64,000 bases of DNA from assembly GCA_963675755.2 (NCBI GenBank), contig CAXXMD010000002.1, positions 1,184,001 to 1,248,000 of the forward strand, in the 5' to 3' direction. Positions within the stretch are counted from its first letter, which is position 1. Each line of letters begins with the position of its first letter. The notes under the pieces are model-generated. The model ran no database searches, was not told the origin of the DNA, and was given only the letters and a program-made list of their open reading frames with translations. The DNA comes from a bacterium. Lineage in GTDB: Bacteria > Zhuqueibacterota > Zhuqueibacteria > Residuimicrobiales > Krinioviventaceae. The translations under genes and the position numbers were made by a program. Below, in pieces: positions 21,282 to 31,604 of this stretch.

Positions 21282-21332
21282 CTATTTGCCATTAATTGCC
21301 CAGCACTTAAAAGTGCCGGGTAAACTTTACTA

Positions 21333-23498
21333 CTACTTTATCACATGATAATACCTGGCCATCCAATAAGGCAGCAGATATTCATCACCGGCGAGACGAG
21401 ACATTCCCCCACCACCGGAATCAATACTAAAGGCGTTTGAATTATGGCGGTTCATAGGACGTTCATTGGGCGATAATACCTCAGCAATCCTTTGATTACG
21501 GAAATTCCTGGGTAAATATTCCAGATCTTTACGGTTCGAGTTTTTAATAGTATAGCGGTCCATATCAATGGGGTATTCTTTTAAATGCCAGATAACAGAA
21601 TCATAATCCATTACGCCAACTGATGCGTATGGCAATACATTCCACAATGCACTTTTTTCAGGACGTTCAAGTTCCCAGTGATCGATAATGGCCTCTTTGT
21701 AGACATCACGTAATTCCTGGGTGAATGCGTATTTATAAGAGACGTAATAGGTTAAAAACGCCATTTCATCATCAGAGTGGTTCCAGGAATCTCCCATGGT
21801 GAATGCATGGTCACGCCAACGATAAACAAAAGTGGTATCCTCGTGCAATTCTTTCATGCTGATTTTCATATTTTCCAGATACCCGTAATCCTCCATCATA
21901 TGGTAGGCCTCAGTCTTGAAAATCTCTTTACCCGTCAAAGCATAAGCAAGCTGTAAACCTGCAATCAGGTGAGTGCTGTTCAAACGTCTGTCAAAAATAT
22001 GACGGGGATACGCGTTTACAAACTCGGGATTCCAACGTCCCCACAAGGTGGGTTCACCATCAATATCCACAAAGTAATAATCATTTTGAATAATATGGGT
22101 CATAATGGCATCGATAAAGTTTGCAATGCGTTTATGCTCTTCCGGGGTTTTGGCAATAAACTCGTCCATAACTGTGGTTATATAGAGATAAGCAATGTAT
22201 TCATCAGTACTGGTATGACCCTTCCACTCCCAATCCGCTTCGGGAGACTGGCGCCAGCGATCGATGTCAGACATTTTGAATCCTTTACGTTCAAACGTAC
22301 GGGACGGAAAACCGGTTAATTGATTTATTGAAAGAAGTCGTTCAAAAGTCTCGAATGATTCCCAGGCATAACGGCGAGCGCTTTCCTCACCGGTTACCGC
22401 GTATTTGTAACACAGGCTTCCCAGGTAAAACGTGGTCCACAAACCGTCATTATCCGTATCAACAGTAACAGCCGTAGTCAAGTCACCGGCTTTTTTATAA
22501 TGCAAGGGTCGCGTAAAACCATAGCTGATGTGATATTGTCGTAAATCCCTTTCAATCTCGGCAGTTTTTTCTGCCAAAGTCATTTTGCGATAATGGATTT
22601 TGTTCAAACCAGTTGGAGATAATACATATACATCTCCCCTGCTGTCCGTTGCCAGGTCTACAACCGAATCATTATCCAACCAGCGTTTGGAAGCGTAATA
22701 ACGATATTTTTCACCATTGGGCGTAAATGCACCGGCTTCTGAACCGAACCATAACTCGTAGCCTTTTGCCATCATGGTTGTTATTGCAGGTACGGGTAAT
22801 TTGGCATCAAGCTCTTTTGTGACCGCTCCGGTTTCGCCATTGATTTTGAAATAGCCGTTTGTGGTACCCAAAGCAATTTCATCTTTAACAAAAGCAGCAG
22901 CAGTCAGGTTTTTACCGGAATAAACCGTTTTCCATTTTTTATCATCCAGTCGGTACAGGTTGTCCTCTGTTAACAGATAAAACTGGGTTTTGTACACATA
23001 CAGGTTTAAGCAATCTCCCCTGGGAACATCAACATCACTGATTTTTATTTTATTATGATACAGGGCGGCTTTTTTATCTCCTACCAGTAAAATCTCATCG
23101 TTGCTATTCATAGCGATACGATCATAGCTGCCTTTATCAAAATGCGCGTATACGGCTCCGGCATGTGCGTTGGTGAGAAACTGATCATTGTAAAGATAAT
23201 AGAGATAGCCTGTACCCTCTTGCACGGTAATATCAACAGGCTTTAGGTCAGCAAGAGATCTGTAAAGTAAATCTTTGGCCAACACATCCTCAAATACTCG
23301 CCACAATCCATGATTGGTCAGCACATAAACAATGTCATTATAATCAACAACCACTTTGCGTAATTGCAAATCAGCCGGGGCATTTTGTGTCTGGTATTTT
23401 ACCGATACCGGAAAATCATAAGGTTTGTCCACATATTGCGCAAAAGCAGTACTGGACAAGAAAATTCCGGTTAAAAGAATGAGTAAAAATTTTTTCAT
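21333..23498 (-). CDS. Secreted hypothetical protein (propeller-like N half, probable alpha/alpha-toroid C half)
   Basis: Signal peptide; DNDGLWT, WEWKGHTSTDE, NHSDDEM, YLLPYWMARY; function unknown. Confidence 0.7.
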   Translation of the reverse strand: MKKFLLILLTGIFLSSTAFAQYVDKPYDFPVSVKYQTQNAPADLQLRKVVVDYNDIVYVLTNHGLWRVFEDVLAKDLLYRSLADLKPVDITVQEGTGYLYYLYNDQFLTNAHAGAVYAHFDKGSYDRIAMNSNDEILLVGDKKAALYHNKIKISDVDVPRGDCLNLYVYKTQFYLLTEDNLYRLDDKKWKTVYSGKNLTAAAFVKDEIALGTTNGYFKINGETGAVTKELDAKLPVPAITTMMAKGYELWFGSEAGAFTPNGEKYRYYASKRWLDNDSVVDLATDSRGDVYVLSPTGLNKIHYRKMTLAEKTAEIERDLRQYHISYGFTRPLHYKKAGDLTTAVTVDTDNDGLWTTFYLGSLCYKYAVTGEESARRYAWESFETFERLLSINQLTGFPSRTFERKGFKMSDIDRWRQSPEADWEWKGHTSTDEYIAYLYITTVMDEFIAKTPEEHKRIANFIDAIMTHIIQNDYYFVDIDGEPTLWGRWNPEFVNAYPRHIFDRRLNSTHLIAGLQLAYALTGKEIFKTEAYHMMEDYGYLENMKISMKELHEDTTFVYRWRDHAFTMGDSWNHSDDEMAFLTYYVSYKYAFTQELRDVYKEAIIDHWELERPEKSALWNVLPYASVGVMDYDSVIWHLKEYPIDMDRYTIKNSNRKDLEYLPRNFRNQRIAEVLSPNERPMNRHNSNAFSIDSGGGGMSRLAGDEYLLPYWMARYYHVIK

Positions 23499-23600
23499 AA
23501 AGCGTTCCTTTCCATATCATACGAATTTACCAATATACGCATTAATGAGCTATTTTTCAACTATCACCAACAGATTAATCAACATGTTATAATATATGAA

Positions 23601-24677
23601 TTACAATACCCGATCAATTATACCTCCGCCCAGTACAAGATCATCTTGATAAAAGACGGCTGATTGTCCGGGTGTTATGGCACTTTGGGGTTCGGTGCTT
23701 GTCACTTTGACCTTGCCTTGTTCAACAGGTTCAATTAATGCTTCAAATTCCTGCTGAGAAGAGCGGATTTTCATATTCACTTTGGTTGAAACTTTTAAAT
23801 CGGCAAATGCAATCCAATTTAACTGGTCTACCAGGAATGAATTGTTATAAACATATTCACGCGGTCCTACCACAACCTGGTTGCTGTGCGCATCAATATT
23901 GATTACATAAAGCGGTTCAGGTGAAGATACTCCCAAACCTTTGCGTTGTCCAATGGTATAATTCCATACTCCCTTGTGCTGTCCCAAAACACGGCCATCA
24001 ACATGAACCAAATTACCGGTTCGTTCACGGATATCGATCAAATCATTATAATCACCGCTGTAAAAGTCCTGACTGTCAGATTTATCATACAGGGAGATTT
24101 GATTATCTCTGGCAATTTTTCGTACCTCTGTCTTTTCAAATTCGCCCAGTGGTAATAATAGTTTTTCAAGTTGCGTTTGGGTTAGACGATACAGAAAATA
24201 AGTTTGATCTTTGGAGGAATCCAACGCTTTTTTCAGCATAAAACGACCAGCAGATTCATTAAACTCTACCCTGGCATAATGGCCTGTAGCAAATTTATCA
24301 AAGGTTTCGCCTGAATCCTGAATCATTGTGGGTAGAACATCCAGTTTGATCTGTTGATTACACTGAATACAGGGATTCGGCGTGCGACCTGCCAGGTACT
24401 CTCGTTTGAAATAATCCAGTACAATCTTTTTATAAGCAGTTGAACAATCATACACCTGAAAGGGAATATCCAGTTCATTGCACAGAGCGCGTGCTTCGTT
24501 TATATCATCCTGTTCTTCGGGACCAAAACAAGCATGTTTGCCTGTATGAGAAGTAACATTTGTTGAATTGTTCCAAATGGCCATGGTAACGCCAAAAACA
24601 TCATGCCCCTGTTCTTTTAACAAATATGCGGTAACAGCGGAATCTACTCCTCCGCTTAATCCTACAGCTATTTTCAT
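23601..24677 (-). CDS. mnmA: tRNA-specific 2-thiouridylase
   Basis: SGGVDS, TPNPCIQCN, ATGHY, KDQTYFL, YTIGQRKGLG, PGQSAVFY; start moved to MKIAV at 24677. Confidence 0.96.
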   Translation of the reverse strand: MKIAVGLSGGVDSAVTAYLLKEQGHDVFGVTMAIWNNSTNVTSHTGKHACFGPEEQDDINEARALCNELDIPFQVYDCSTAYKKIVLDYFKREYLAGRTPNPCIQCNQQIKLDVLPTMIQDSGETFDKFATGHYARVEFNESAGRFMLKKALDSSKDQTYFLYRLTQTQLEKLLLPLGEFEKTEVRKIARDNQISLYDKSDSQDFYSGDYNDLIDIRERTGNLVHVDGRVLGQHKGVWNYTIGQRKGLGVSSPEPLYVINIDAHSNQVVVGPREYVYNNSFLVDQLNWIAFADLKVSTKVNMKIRSSQQEFEALIEPVEQGKVKVTSTEPQSAITPGQSAVFYQDDLVLGGGIIDRVL

Positions 24678-24746
24678 GAGTAATCCATAGATAAAACAAC
24701 AATTTGGAAAATAAAACAAATATTGGCAGGAAAAATTCCGGAGAAA

Positions 24747-25490
24747 CTAAAAAACTCCAAGCAGTTTAGCAGACATGATTAGAATGGCTACCATTAAAAC
24801 TATACGAACAACCTTTTCACCTTTTTTAACAGCTACCTTGGCAGAAAACCAGGCACCGGTTGCATTACCCGCTGCAAGGGCAAGACCATACTCCCATCTT
24901 ACATTACCGGTCAGGATAAAAACTGCAAGTGCAGGTATGGTATAGAAAAATATTACAAAAACTTTGTGCATATTGACTTTGACAAGATCAATCTTTAAAA
25001 TATTTTGCAGTGCTGCCATTAAAATAAATCCAACACCTACCTGTATAAAACCGCCGTAAAATCCAATTCCTACCATTGCTGGATAAATGAGCCAGGCATG
25101 TTTGGGATTTTCAGAAAATTTTATCTTCTTCTTGGGAAGCACAATTGTTATCATGATTCCAATCATGACAATACCCAGAATTTTATGGAAAAGCGCATTA
25201 TTAATATGTACAGCCAGAAAAGCTCCCAAAATAGCACCAGGAAGTGCGAACAAAGACATGATTGTACTATGCCTGAAAGAATGGACTTTTTCTTGTCGGA
25301 AGGATAGAATTGCAGATATATTTTGGATAAAAATTGCTACACGATTTGTACCATTTGCAAGCGCACCATCAAGCCCTAAAAATATCAATAATGGCAAAAT
25401 AATGGCTGAACCACCGCCTGCCATAACATTCATAAAACCGGTGAATACACCTGTTGTATAAAGCAATAATATCTTTGGTATTTCATGCAT
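24747..25490 (-). CDS. Sulfite exporter TauE/SafE family protein
   Basis: GFMNVMAGGG..P..ANGTNR and GFYGGFIQVGVG repeats; multiple TM helices. Confidence 0.88.
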   Translation of the reverse strand: MHEIPKILLLYTTGVFTGFMNVMAGGGSAIILPLLIFLGLDGALANGTNRVAIFIQNISAILSFRQEKVHSFRHSTIMSLFALPGAILGAFLAVHINNALFHKILGIVMIGIMITIVLPKKKIKFSENPKHAWLIYPAMVGIGFYGGFIQVGVGFILMAALQNILKIDLVKVNMHKVFVIFFYTIPALAVFILTGNVRWEYGLALAAGNATGAWFSAKVAVKKGEKVVRIVLMVAILIMSAKLLGVF

Positions 25491-25635
25491 AACTTTATCC
25501 TAAATGAAAAATAATATAATGAATTAAAATAAAAAAATCCAGTTTGAAAATTGGGTCAAATTTACTTGCAATTCTGCACACATTTTGATATTTTTGAACA
25601 TAGGCCACGTAGTATTTTACAGGACATCAAAAAGA

Positions 25636-26478
25636 ATGAAAACAACCCATTTCCTATTAATGCTTTTATTGGGGACAAGCATTAGTATATTCGCTTTACC
25701 CGTAAAAAAATCATTAAACGGATGGGAGCAGACACAACCAGAAACAGTTTATACAACCAATCTACACGAGCATATAAACGGACAATCCCCCCTCTATTAC
25801 GAACTGGGTTTTGATTCATTGTTTGTACTGCAATACAAAAAAAAGAATTCCGAAATAGAGATGAATATCTATAAAATGCAATCACCGGAATCAGCAATGG
25901 CCATATATCTGGTTTCAGCAGGAAACGAAATTCCATCTGACTTGTTTAATGAAAGAAACAGTGTTAATCCTTATCAGTTAAATATGGTCAAAGGGAGTTA
26001 TTATTTTCAAATCAATATATATAATGGCGATGAAACAACACTAAAAGACATTCGTTCAATAATAACACCCACACTATCTAAAATTAAAAAACAAAATATT
26101 GTTCTTTTAAACAGATTGCCTCAAAAAGACCTGGTAAAAGGATCTGAACGCATTGCAAGGGGCATGTATTCCATGCGTAATATTTATTATTTTGGCAAAG
26201 GTGATCCCCTGATGTTGGACGGGAATATCTTTGCAGTTGCAGGTGAATATGATGATGGTAATAAAAAATATACTCAACTGATTATTGAATATCCTGATAT
26301 TGTTCAGGCAAAAACAGTTTTTGACAGTTTAAATTCTGATACAAATAAATATTGGCAAATCGTATTAAAGCAGAACAACAAACTGGTTTTCAAAGACATT
26401 TACAATCGTTTTGGCAAAGTTTTGTTATCCCAAAACAAAATTACGATCAACACAAAACTGGAGAATATTCCAAATTGA
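25636..26478 (+). CDS. Secreted DUF6599-like protein
   Basis: Signal peptide; GW..Y..NLHEHINGQSPLYYELGF..IYKMQSPESAMAIY pattern recalled for DUF6599. Confidence 0.7.
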   Translation: MKTTHFLLMLLLGTSISIFALPVKKSLNGWEQTQPETVYTTNLHEHINGQSPLYYELGFDSLFVLQYKKKNSEIEMNIYKMQSPESAMAIYLVSAGNEIPSDLFNERNSVNPYQLNMVKGSYYFQINIYNGDETTLKDIRSIITPTLSKIKKQNIVLLNRLPQKDLVKGSERIARGMYSMRNIYYFGKGDPLMLDGNIFAVAGEYDDGNKKYTQLIIEYPDIVQAKTVFDSLNSDTNKYWQIVLKQNNKLVFKDIYNRFGKVLLSQNKITINTKLENIPN

Positions 26479-29186
26479 AGATCAAACATTTTATCCTGAT
26501 GATTTTTGTTTCAAGTCAAATTCTGACAGCTGAGCCGAACATCTCTGCTGAAAATCGACCCTGGACCCGCTGGTGGTGGCCGGCAAGCGCGGTCGATTCA
26601 GCCGGAATTACGTTTCAGATGGAATCCTTTCATAAAGCAGGTATGGGTGGAGTAGAGATTACACCGATTTATGGTGCAAAAGGCTATGAAGACCGCTTTA
26701 TCGACTTTTTATCCCCCCATTGGGTGGATATGCTCCAGTTTACACTGGACGAGGCTGACCGCCTTGGTCTGCAAGTGGATATGAACAACGGTACAGGCTG
26801 GCCTTTTGGTGGACCTCAAATCACGCCTGAACTGGCGGCCTGCAAGGTTGAAATTGTAGAACTGCTGGCAGATTCTGTTTTGGTATCCCCTCAAAAGCTG
26901 TTGGGAATAGTAGTTCATGATAAAAAGAACAAGATTATCACTACAGATTTTATAAAGTCTTTATCAAAACTTGAATCCCAAACAGTAACGGCTATCTATG
27001 AAGGCAGAACACGTCAAAAAGTAAAACGGTCAGCTCCCGGTGGTGAAGGCTGGGTAATGGATCATTACTCCACCCTTGCAACAGATACATATCTTGACCG
27101 ATTCAGTGAGACCATCCCGGTTGAGGTCATGTCACGTGTTCGCACCATCTTTAATGACTCGTATGAAGTTTACGGTGCCAACTGGACCCCGGACATGTTT
27201 GCTGAATTTGAAAAACGCCGCGGTTACAAATTAACAGACCACCTGGATGCCCTGGCAGGTTTGGGAGATGAAGACACCGTTGCACGTGTTAAATCCGATT
27301 ATCGTGAAACCATTGGTGATTTACTTTTAGAACATTTCACCCAACGCTGGACAAATTGGGCGCACAAACAAGGCACCTTGACACGCAACCAGGCCCATGG
27401 CTCACCCGGAAACCTGCTCGATCTTTACGCAACAGTAGATATTCCGGAAACTGAGATATTCGGCCCCACACGGACTCATGTACAAAACCTGAAAATTGAT
27501 CCTGATTTTCCAACAGAGGGACGTATTCCTCCCGATCTGTTTATGATGAAATTTGCATCGTCAGCAGCAAACGTTACCGGTAAAAAGCTGACATCCTCAG
27601 AGTCATTTACCTGGCTGGGTGAGCATTTTAAAACCGCACTTTCTCAATGTAAACCCGAGATTGACCACATGTTTATCAGCGGTATTAACCACATCCTGTT
27701 TCATGGTACGTGTTATTCTCCCCAAGATGCGCCCTGGCCCGGATGGTTGTTTTATGCATCCGTGCAATTTGGCCCCGACAATTCAATCTGGCAGGACCTG
27801 CCTGCAATGACCGAATATATTACCAACTGTCAAAACATGCTGCAAAATTCTACGCATACCAATGAAGTTTTGATATACTGGCCCATTTATGACATCTATT
27901 ATGATGCAAAAGGGCTCATGAAAACCTTTACCGTCCACGGTATCGACGAATGGCTCTATCCTACTGATTTTTACCAGACTGCAAAATTACTGCATCAGAA
28001 TGGAATTTCATTTGATTACATTTCAGACCATCTGCTTGAATCAGTAAATGTTAAAGACGGACATTTAATCACAGCCGGTGGCCCATACAAAACCATTATT
28101 GTTCCTGAAACACAGTTCATGCCGGTTTCGACTCTCGAAAAGCTCTATTCTCTTGCAGAAAATGGAGCAACCGTATTATTCCACAATCAGTATCCACACG
28201 ATGTACCAGGATTCAATGATCTGAAAAATCGCAGAAAAGACCTGAAACATTGTGCGGAAAAGGGAGCAAAGTTAACCGGTAACCGCTTTGCTGTAACCGA
28301 TCACATCCTCCCCGATCTTGACAGATTAAACGTCAACAAAGAAAATCTGGCAGATTCAGGTTTGGTATACATAAAAAAGAATTATAATGGTAAACCCTTG
28401 TATTTTGTTAGCAACTTGACCTCAAAACCGGTAAACGGATGGATCCCCTTTAATGTCAAATCCGAATCGGTTTGGGTATGGTTGTGGAAACCCATCCAGA
28501 ACCATCTGGGTAAAGGTCAAATTGTTCAAATGAGTGATTCTGAATCAGCTGTTTATTTACAAATAGAATCCGGTGAATCGGTTCTCTTGCTGTTTGATTT
28601 TGAATTGCCGCAGGAATTCAAAAACCTGCGTAAAGGCGACAATCCGGTTCTTTTAGCAGGTCCATGGGATCTGGAATTCACTCAGGGCGGCCCGGAATTA
28701 CCCAACTCTGCCACAATGGAATCTCTAAAATCATGGACAGAGTTGGATGACAAGGAATGTCAACGCTTTGCTGGTACGGGTAAATACACAACCACCTTTG
28801 ACAAACCGGACATGCAGGCAGACGAATGGCAGCTGGATCTTGGCAAAGTCTGCGAAAGTGCCAAAATCCGGTTAAATGGGAAAGACCTGGGTACGGTATG
28901 GTGCCTGCCCTTTAACCTCACATTTCCGGCAAAATTGCTTAAAGACAAAGGTAATACACTTGAAATTGAGGTTACCAACCTTTCCGCAAACCGAATCAAA
29001 GAACTGGAACAACGCGGTGTAGAATGGAAACGTTTTTACGAAATTAACTTTGTAAATATAAATTATAAACCTTTTGATGCTTCTGATTGGGAGCTGGTAC
29101 CCTCGGGACTTTTGGGTCCTGTTCAGCTTTTTCCCATGCATTATTTTAAACCGGACGTACATTTGATCAACAAATCGGAGTTATAA
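26475..29186 (+). CDS. GH106 family glycoside hydrolase (alpha-L-rhamnosidase-like)
   Basis: RPWTRWWW, GMGGVEITPIYG, GTGWPFGGP, FNDSYE, QAHGSP, DIPETE, SGLLGPV; TTG start overlaps the upstream TGA and gives a signal peptide. Confidence 0.88.
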   Translation: MKIKHFILMIFVSSQILTAEPNISAENRPWTRWWWPASAVDSAGITFQMESFHKAGMGGVEITPIYGAKGYEDRFIDFLSPHWVDMLQFTLDEADRLGLQVDMNNGTGWPFGGPQITPELAACKVEIVELLADSVLVSPQKLLGIVVHDKKNKIITTDFIKSLSKLESQTVTAIYEGRTRQKVKRSAPGGEGWVMDHYSTLATDTYLDRFSETIPVEVMSRVRTIFNDSYEVYGANWTPDMFAEFEKRRGYKLTDHLDALAGLGDEDTVARVKSDYRETIGDLLLEHFTQRWTNWAHKQGTLTRNQAHGSPGNLLDLYATVDIPETEIFGPTRTHVQNLKIDPDFPTEGRIPPDLFMMKFASSAANVTGKKLTSSESFTWLGEHFKTALSQCKPEIDHMFISGINHILFHGTCYSPQDAPWPGWLFYASVQFGPDNSIWQDLPAMTEYITNCQNMLQNSTHTNEVLIYWPIYDIYYDAKGLMKTFTVHGIDEWLYPTDFYQTAKLLHQNGISFDYISDHLLESVNVKDGHLITAGGPYKTIIVPETQFMPVSTLEKLYSLAENGATVLFHNQYPHDVPGFNDLKNRRKDLKHCAEKGAKLTGNRFAVTDHILPDLDRLNVNKENLADSGLVYIKKNYNGKPLYFVSNLTSKPVNGWIPFNVKSESVWVWLWKPIQNHLGKGQIVQMSDSESAVYLQIESGESVLLLFDFELPQEFKNLRKGDNPVLLAGPWDLEFTQGGPELPNSATMESLKSWTELDDKECQRFAGTGKYTTTFDKPDMQADEWQLDLGKVCESAKIRLNGKDLGTVWCLPFNLTFPAKLLKDKGNTLEIEVTNLSANRIKELEQRGVEWKRFYEINFVNINYKPFDASDWELVPSGLLGPVQLFPMHYFKPDVHLINKSEL

Positions 29187-30785
29187 ATGAGCAAGAAAAT
29201 CAATCGTCGTCAATTCTTATCACGTACAACTACCGGTATTGGTGCAATTACTGCGGGTAGTCTGTTAAGCAATTTGGGTTGCGCCAAAACAACCAAACGT
29301 CCCAATATACTTTTAGTTATGGTAGATGATATGGGTTATTCGGATCTGGGCTGCTATGGATCAGAGATAGACACCCCAAATGTCAACAGCCTTGCCCAAA
29401 ATGGTATTCGCTTTACCCGGTTTTATAATGCATCCCGATGCTGTCCTACCCGGGCATCACTCATGACCGGTCTCTATCCTCACGAAGCCGGAATTGGTGA
29501 TATGGTGGGTACAAAATATAACATGCCCTCTTATCAGGGGTACCTGAACGATGAATCTGTGACTATAGCAGAAGTCATGAAATCCGCTGGTTATACCACG
29601 CTCATGTCCGGTAAATGGCATGTGGGTGAAGATAAGCCACACTGGCCTTGTGACCGTGGATTTGACCGCTACTTTGGTCTCATCAGCGGAGCAGCCAATT
29701 ACTGGGATATTACCAAAGGCAAAGCCCCCAATGTAAATCGTCAAATGGCACTGGATAATGATCCATGGAGGCCTCCTCAAGAGGGATTTTACATGACTGA
29801 TGCCATAACCGATCATGCGGTAGAATTTTTAGATGAAAATATTTCAGATACCAAACCCTTTTTCATGTACCTTGCTTTTACTGCCCCACACTGGCCTCTG
29901 CATGCATGGCCCCAGGATATTGCCAAATACAAAGGCAAGTATATGATGGGCTGGGACGAACTCCGTCGTATTCGCTATAAACGCATGGTAGAAATGGGTA
30001 TCATTGATGAAAAATGGGATCTGAGTCCCCGTGACCCTCAAGCCATGGCCTGGGAAGAAGTTAAAGATAAAGAATTGATGGATTCCAAAATGGCAACTTA
30101 TGCCGCCATGCTTGACCGCATGGATCAGAACCTGGGCAGAGTTTTGAACAAGATCAAAGAAAAAGGTCAGGAAGAAAACACATTAATCATGTTCCTGTCT
30201 GATAATGGTGCATGCCATGAGAGTGGTCCATTGGGATTTGATCGCAGGAATAATGGCCTGCCGGTTGGTGGTGTGGATTCGTACATGAGTTATGGATTGA
30301 GCTGGTCTAATGCCGGCAACACTCCCTTTCGTATGCACAAACACTGGGTGCACGAAGGCGGAATATCAACTCCATTTATCGCCAAGTGGCCGGAAGTGAT
30401 CAAGAATACCGGTGGGTTAAATACCGAAACCGGGCATATTGTAGACGTCATGGCTACGTGTGTGGATGCTGCAGGTGCAAAGTATCCTGAAACATTTAAT
30501 GGAAAATCCATTAAACCCATGCGTGGTAAAAGTCTGGTGCCTGTATTTAAAACCGGTAAACGAGACGGTCACGAATATCTGTTCTGGGAGCATGAAGGCA
30601 ACAAAGCCGTCCGTCACGGTAATTGGAAACTGGTATCCAAAGATAATGGCGAATGGGAATTGTATGATCTTGAACAGGACCGCAGCGAGCTGAACAACCT
30701 GGCAAAATCTAAACCCCAGCAGGTTGAACAATTAATTGCAAAATGGACAGAATGGGCCAAAGAAGTAGGCGTATACCTGGGATAA
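29187..30785 (+). CDS. Arylsulfatase (Cys-type formylglycine-dependent), Tat lipoprotein
   Basis: NRRQFL, PNILLVMVDDMG, CCPTRASLMTG, GKWHVG, SDNG. Confidence 0.95.
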   Translation: MSKKINRRQFLSRTTTGIGAITAGSLLSNLGCAKTTKRPNILLVMVDDMGYSDLGCYGSEIDTPNVNSLAQNGIRFTRFYNASRCCPTRASLMTGLYPHEAGIGDMVGTKYNMPSYQGYLNDESVTIAEVMKSAGYTTLMSGKWHVGEDKPHWPCDRGFDRYFGLISGAANYWDITKGKAPNVNRQMALDNDPWRPPQEGFYMTDAITDHAVEFLDENISDTKPFFMYLAFTAPHWPLHAWPQDIAKYKGKYMMGWDELRRIRYKRMVEMGIIDEKWDLSPRDPQAMAWEEVKDKELMDSKMATYAAMLDRMDQNLGRVLNKIKEKGQEENTLIMFLSDNGACHESGPLGFDRRNNGLPVGGVDSYMSYGLSWSNAGNTPFRMHKHWVHEGGISTPFIAKWPEVIKNTGGLNTETGHIVDVMATCVDAAGAKYPETFNGKSIKPMRGKSLVPVFKTGKRDGHEYLFWEHEGNKAVRHGNWKLVSKDNGEWELYDLEQDRSELNNLAKSKPQQVEQLIAKWTEWAKEVGVYLG

Positions 30786-30834
30786 TTTATAAAGCTTGAG
30801 CGGTCAAATACCGCTTTCGCTTTTGGAGAATATT

Positions 30835-31317
30835 ATGAAAAAAACATGGATCTTGTTCCTCTTGCTATCCATTGTAATATCCAGTTGTGAAAAAATGGAT
30901 AAAAAATCCACAACTGTATCAGAAACTGAAACGATTAAAGATCAAACTCCTACTGAGATTATCATTTCAAAAGAACTGGAAGCTCTTACTCGCTGGAGCC
31001 ATGGTGATCCATATGGTTATATTGATATTGCGGCAGATGATATCACCTATTATGCCGAAGGTTGCGATACATTGATTACAGGAATCAAAGATTTTACATC
31101 TGTGAATGCTGCACTTGAAGGCAAGATAAGTATTCCACACCTTGAACTCAAAAACCCCAAAGTGGAAATGTACGGTAATGTGGGTATATTTACTTTTGTT
31201 CTGCACAATTTCAATGATGAACGGGAGCTCACATCTCGCTGGAAAACAACCGAAGTTTATGAAAAAATAGACAACGATTGGAAGCTGGTACATTCCCACT
31301 GGTCACTTGTGAGATAA
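30835..31317 (+). CDS. SnoaL/NTF2-like lipoprotein
   Basis: Lipobox ISSC; C-terminal TEVYEKIDNDWKLVHSHWS. Confidence 0.85.
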   Translation: MKKTWILFLLLSIVISSCEKMDKKSTTVSETETIKDQTPTEIIISKELEALTRWSHGDPYGYIDIAADDITYYAEGCDTLITGIKDFTSVNAALEGKISIPHLELKNPKVEMYGNVGIFTFVLHNFNDERELTSRWKTTEVYEKIDNDWKLVHSHWSLVR

Positions 31318-31349
31318 ATAAATAAACATTGAATAGTAATGTGATTTTT

Positions 31350-31384
31350 AAAATCCCGAGCAATTAGATTACTCGGGATTTTTT
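31350..31384 (+). terminator. Intrinsic terminator
   Basis: AAAATCCCGAG..CTCGGGATTTT followed by Ts. Confidence 0.8.
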
Positions 31385-31387
31385 ATT

Positions 31388-31495
31388 TCTGGTTCTAAAA
31401 CTCTACCTTACTCCTAAATACAATCCCGTTCCAGGGCAGAGTACAAGAATGAGATAAAAAACTTGGAAACTCTTTTTCTGGTTCCAAGCTAGAGT
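31388..31495. repeat. Cluster of degenerate REP-like half-elements
   Basis: TCTGGTTCTAAAACTCTACCTT, CCCGTTCCAGGGCAGAG and TCTGGTTCCAAGCT resemble the palindrome at 36614-36638. Confidence 0.5.
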
Positions 31496-31604
31496 ATAGG
31501 ATTGAAAGAGAATAAATTTATGTAACATTTTACCAACTATCTGTGTATAATATTTATCAAGCTCAACATTATCTAAAATAAAATTCATAAATCTGAGGGG
31601 AATT

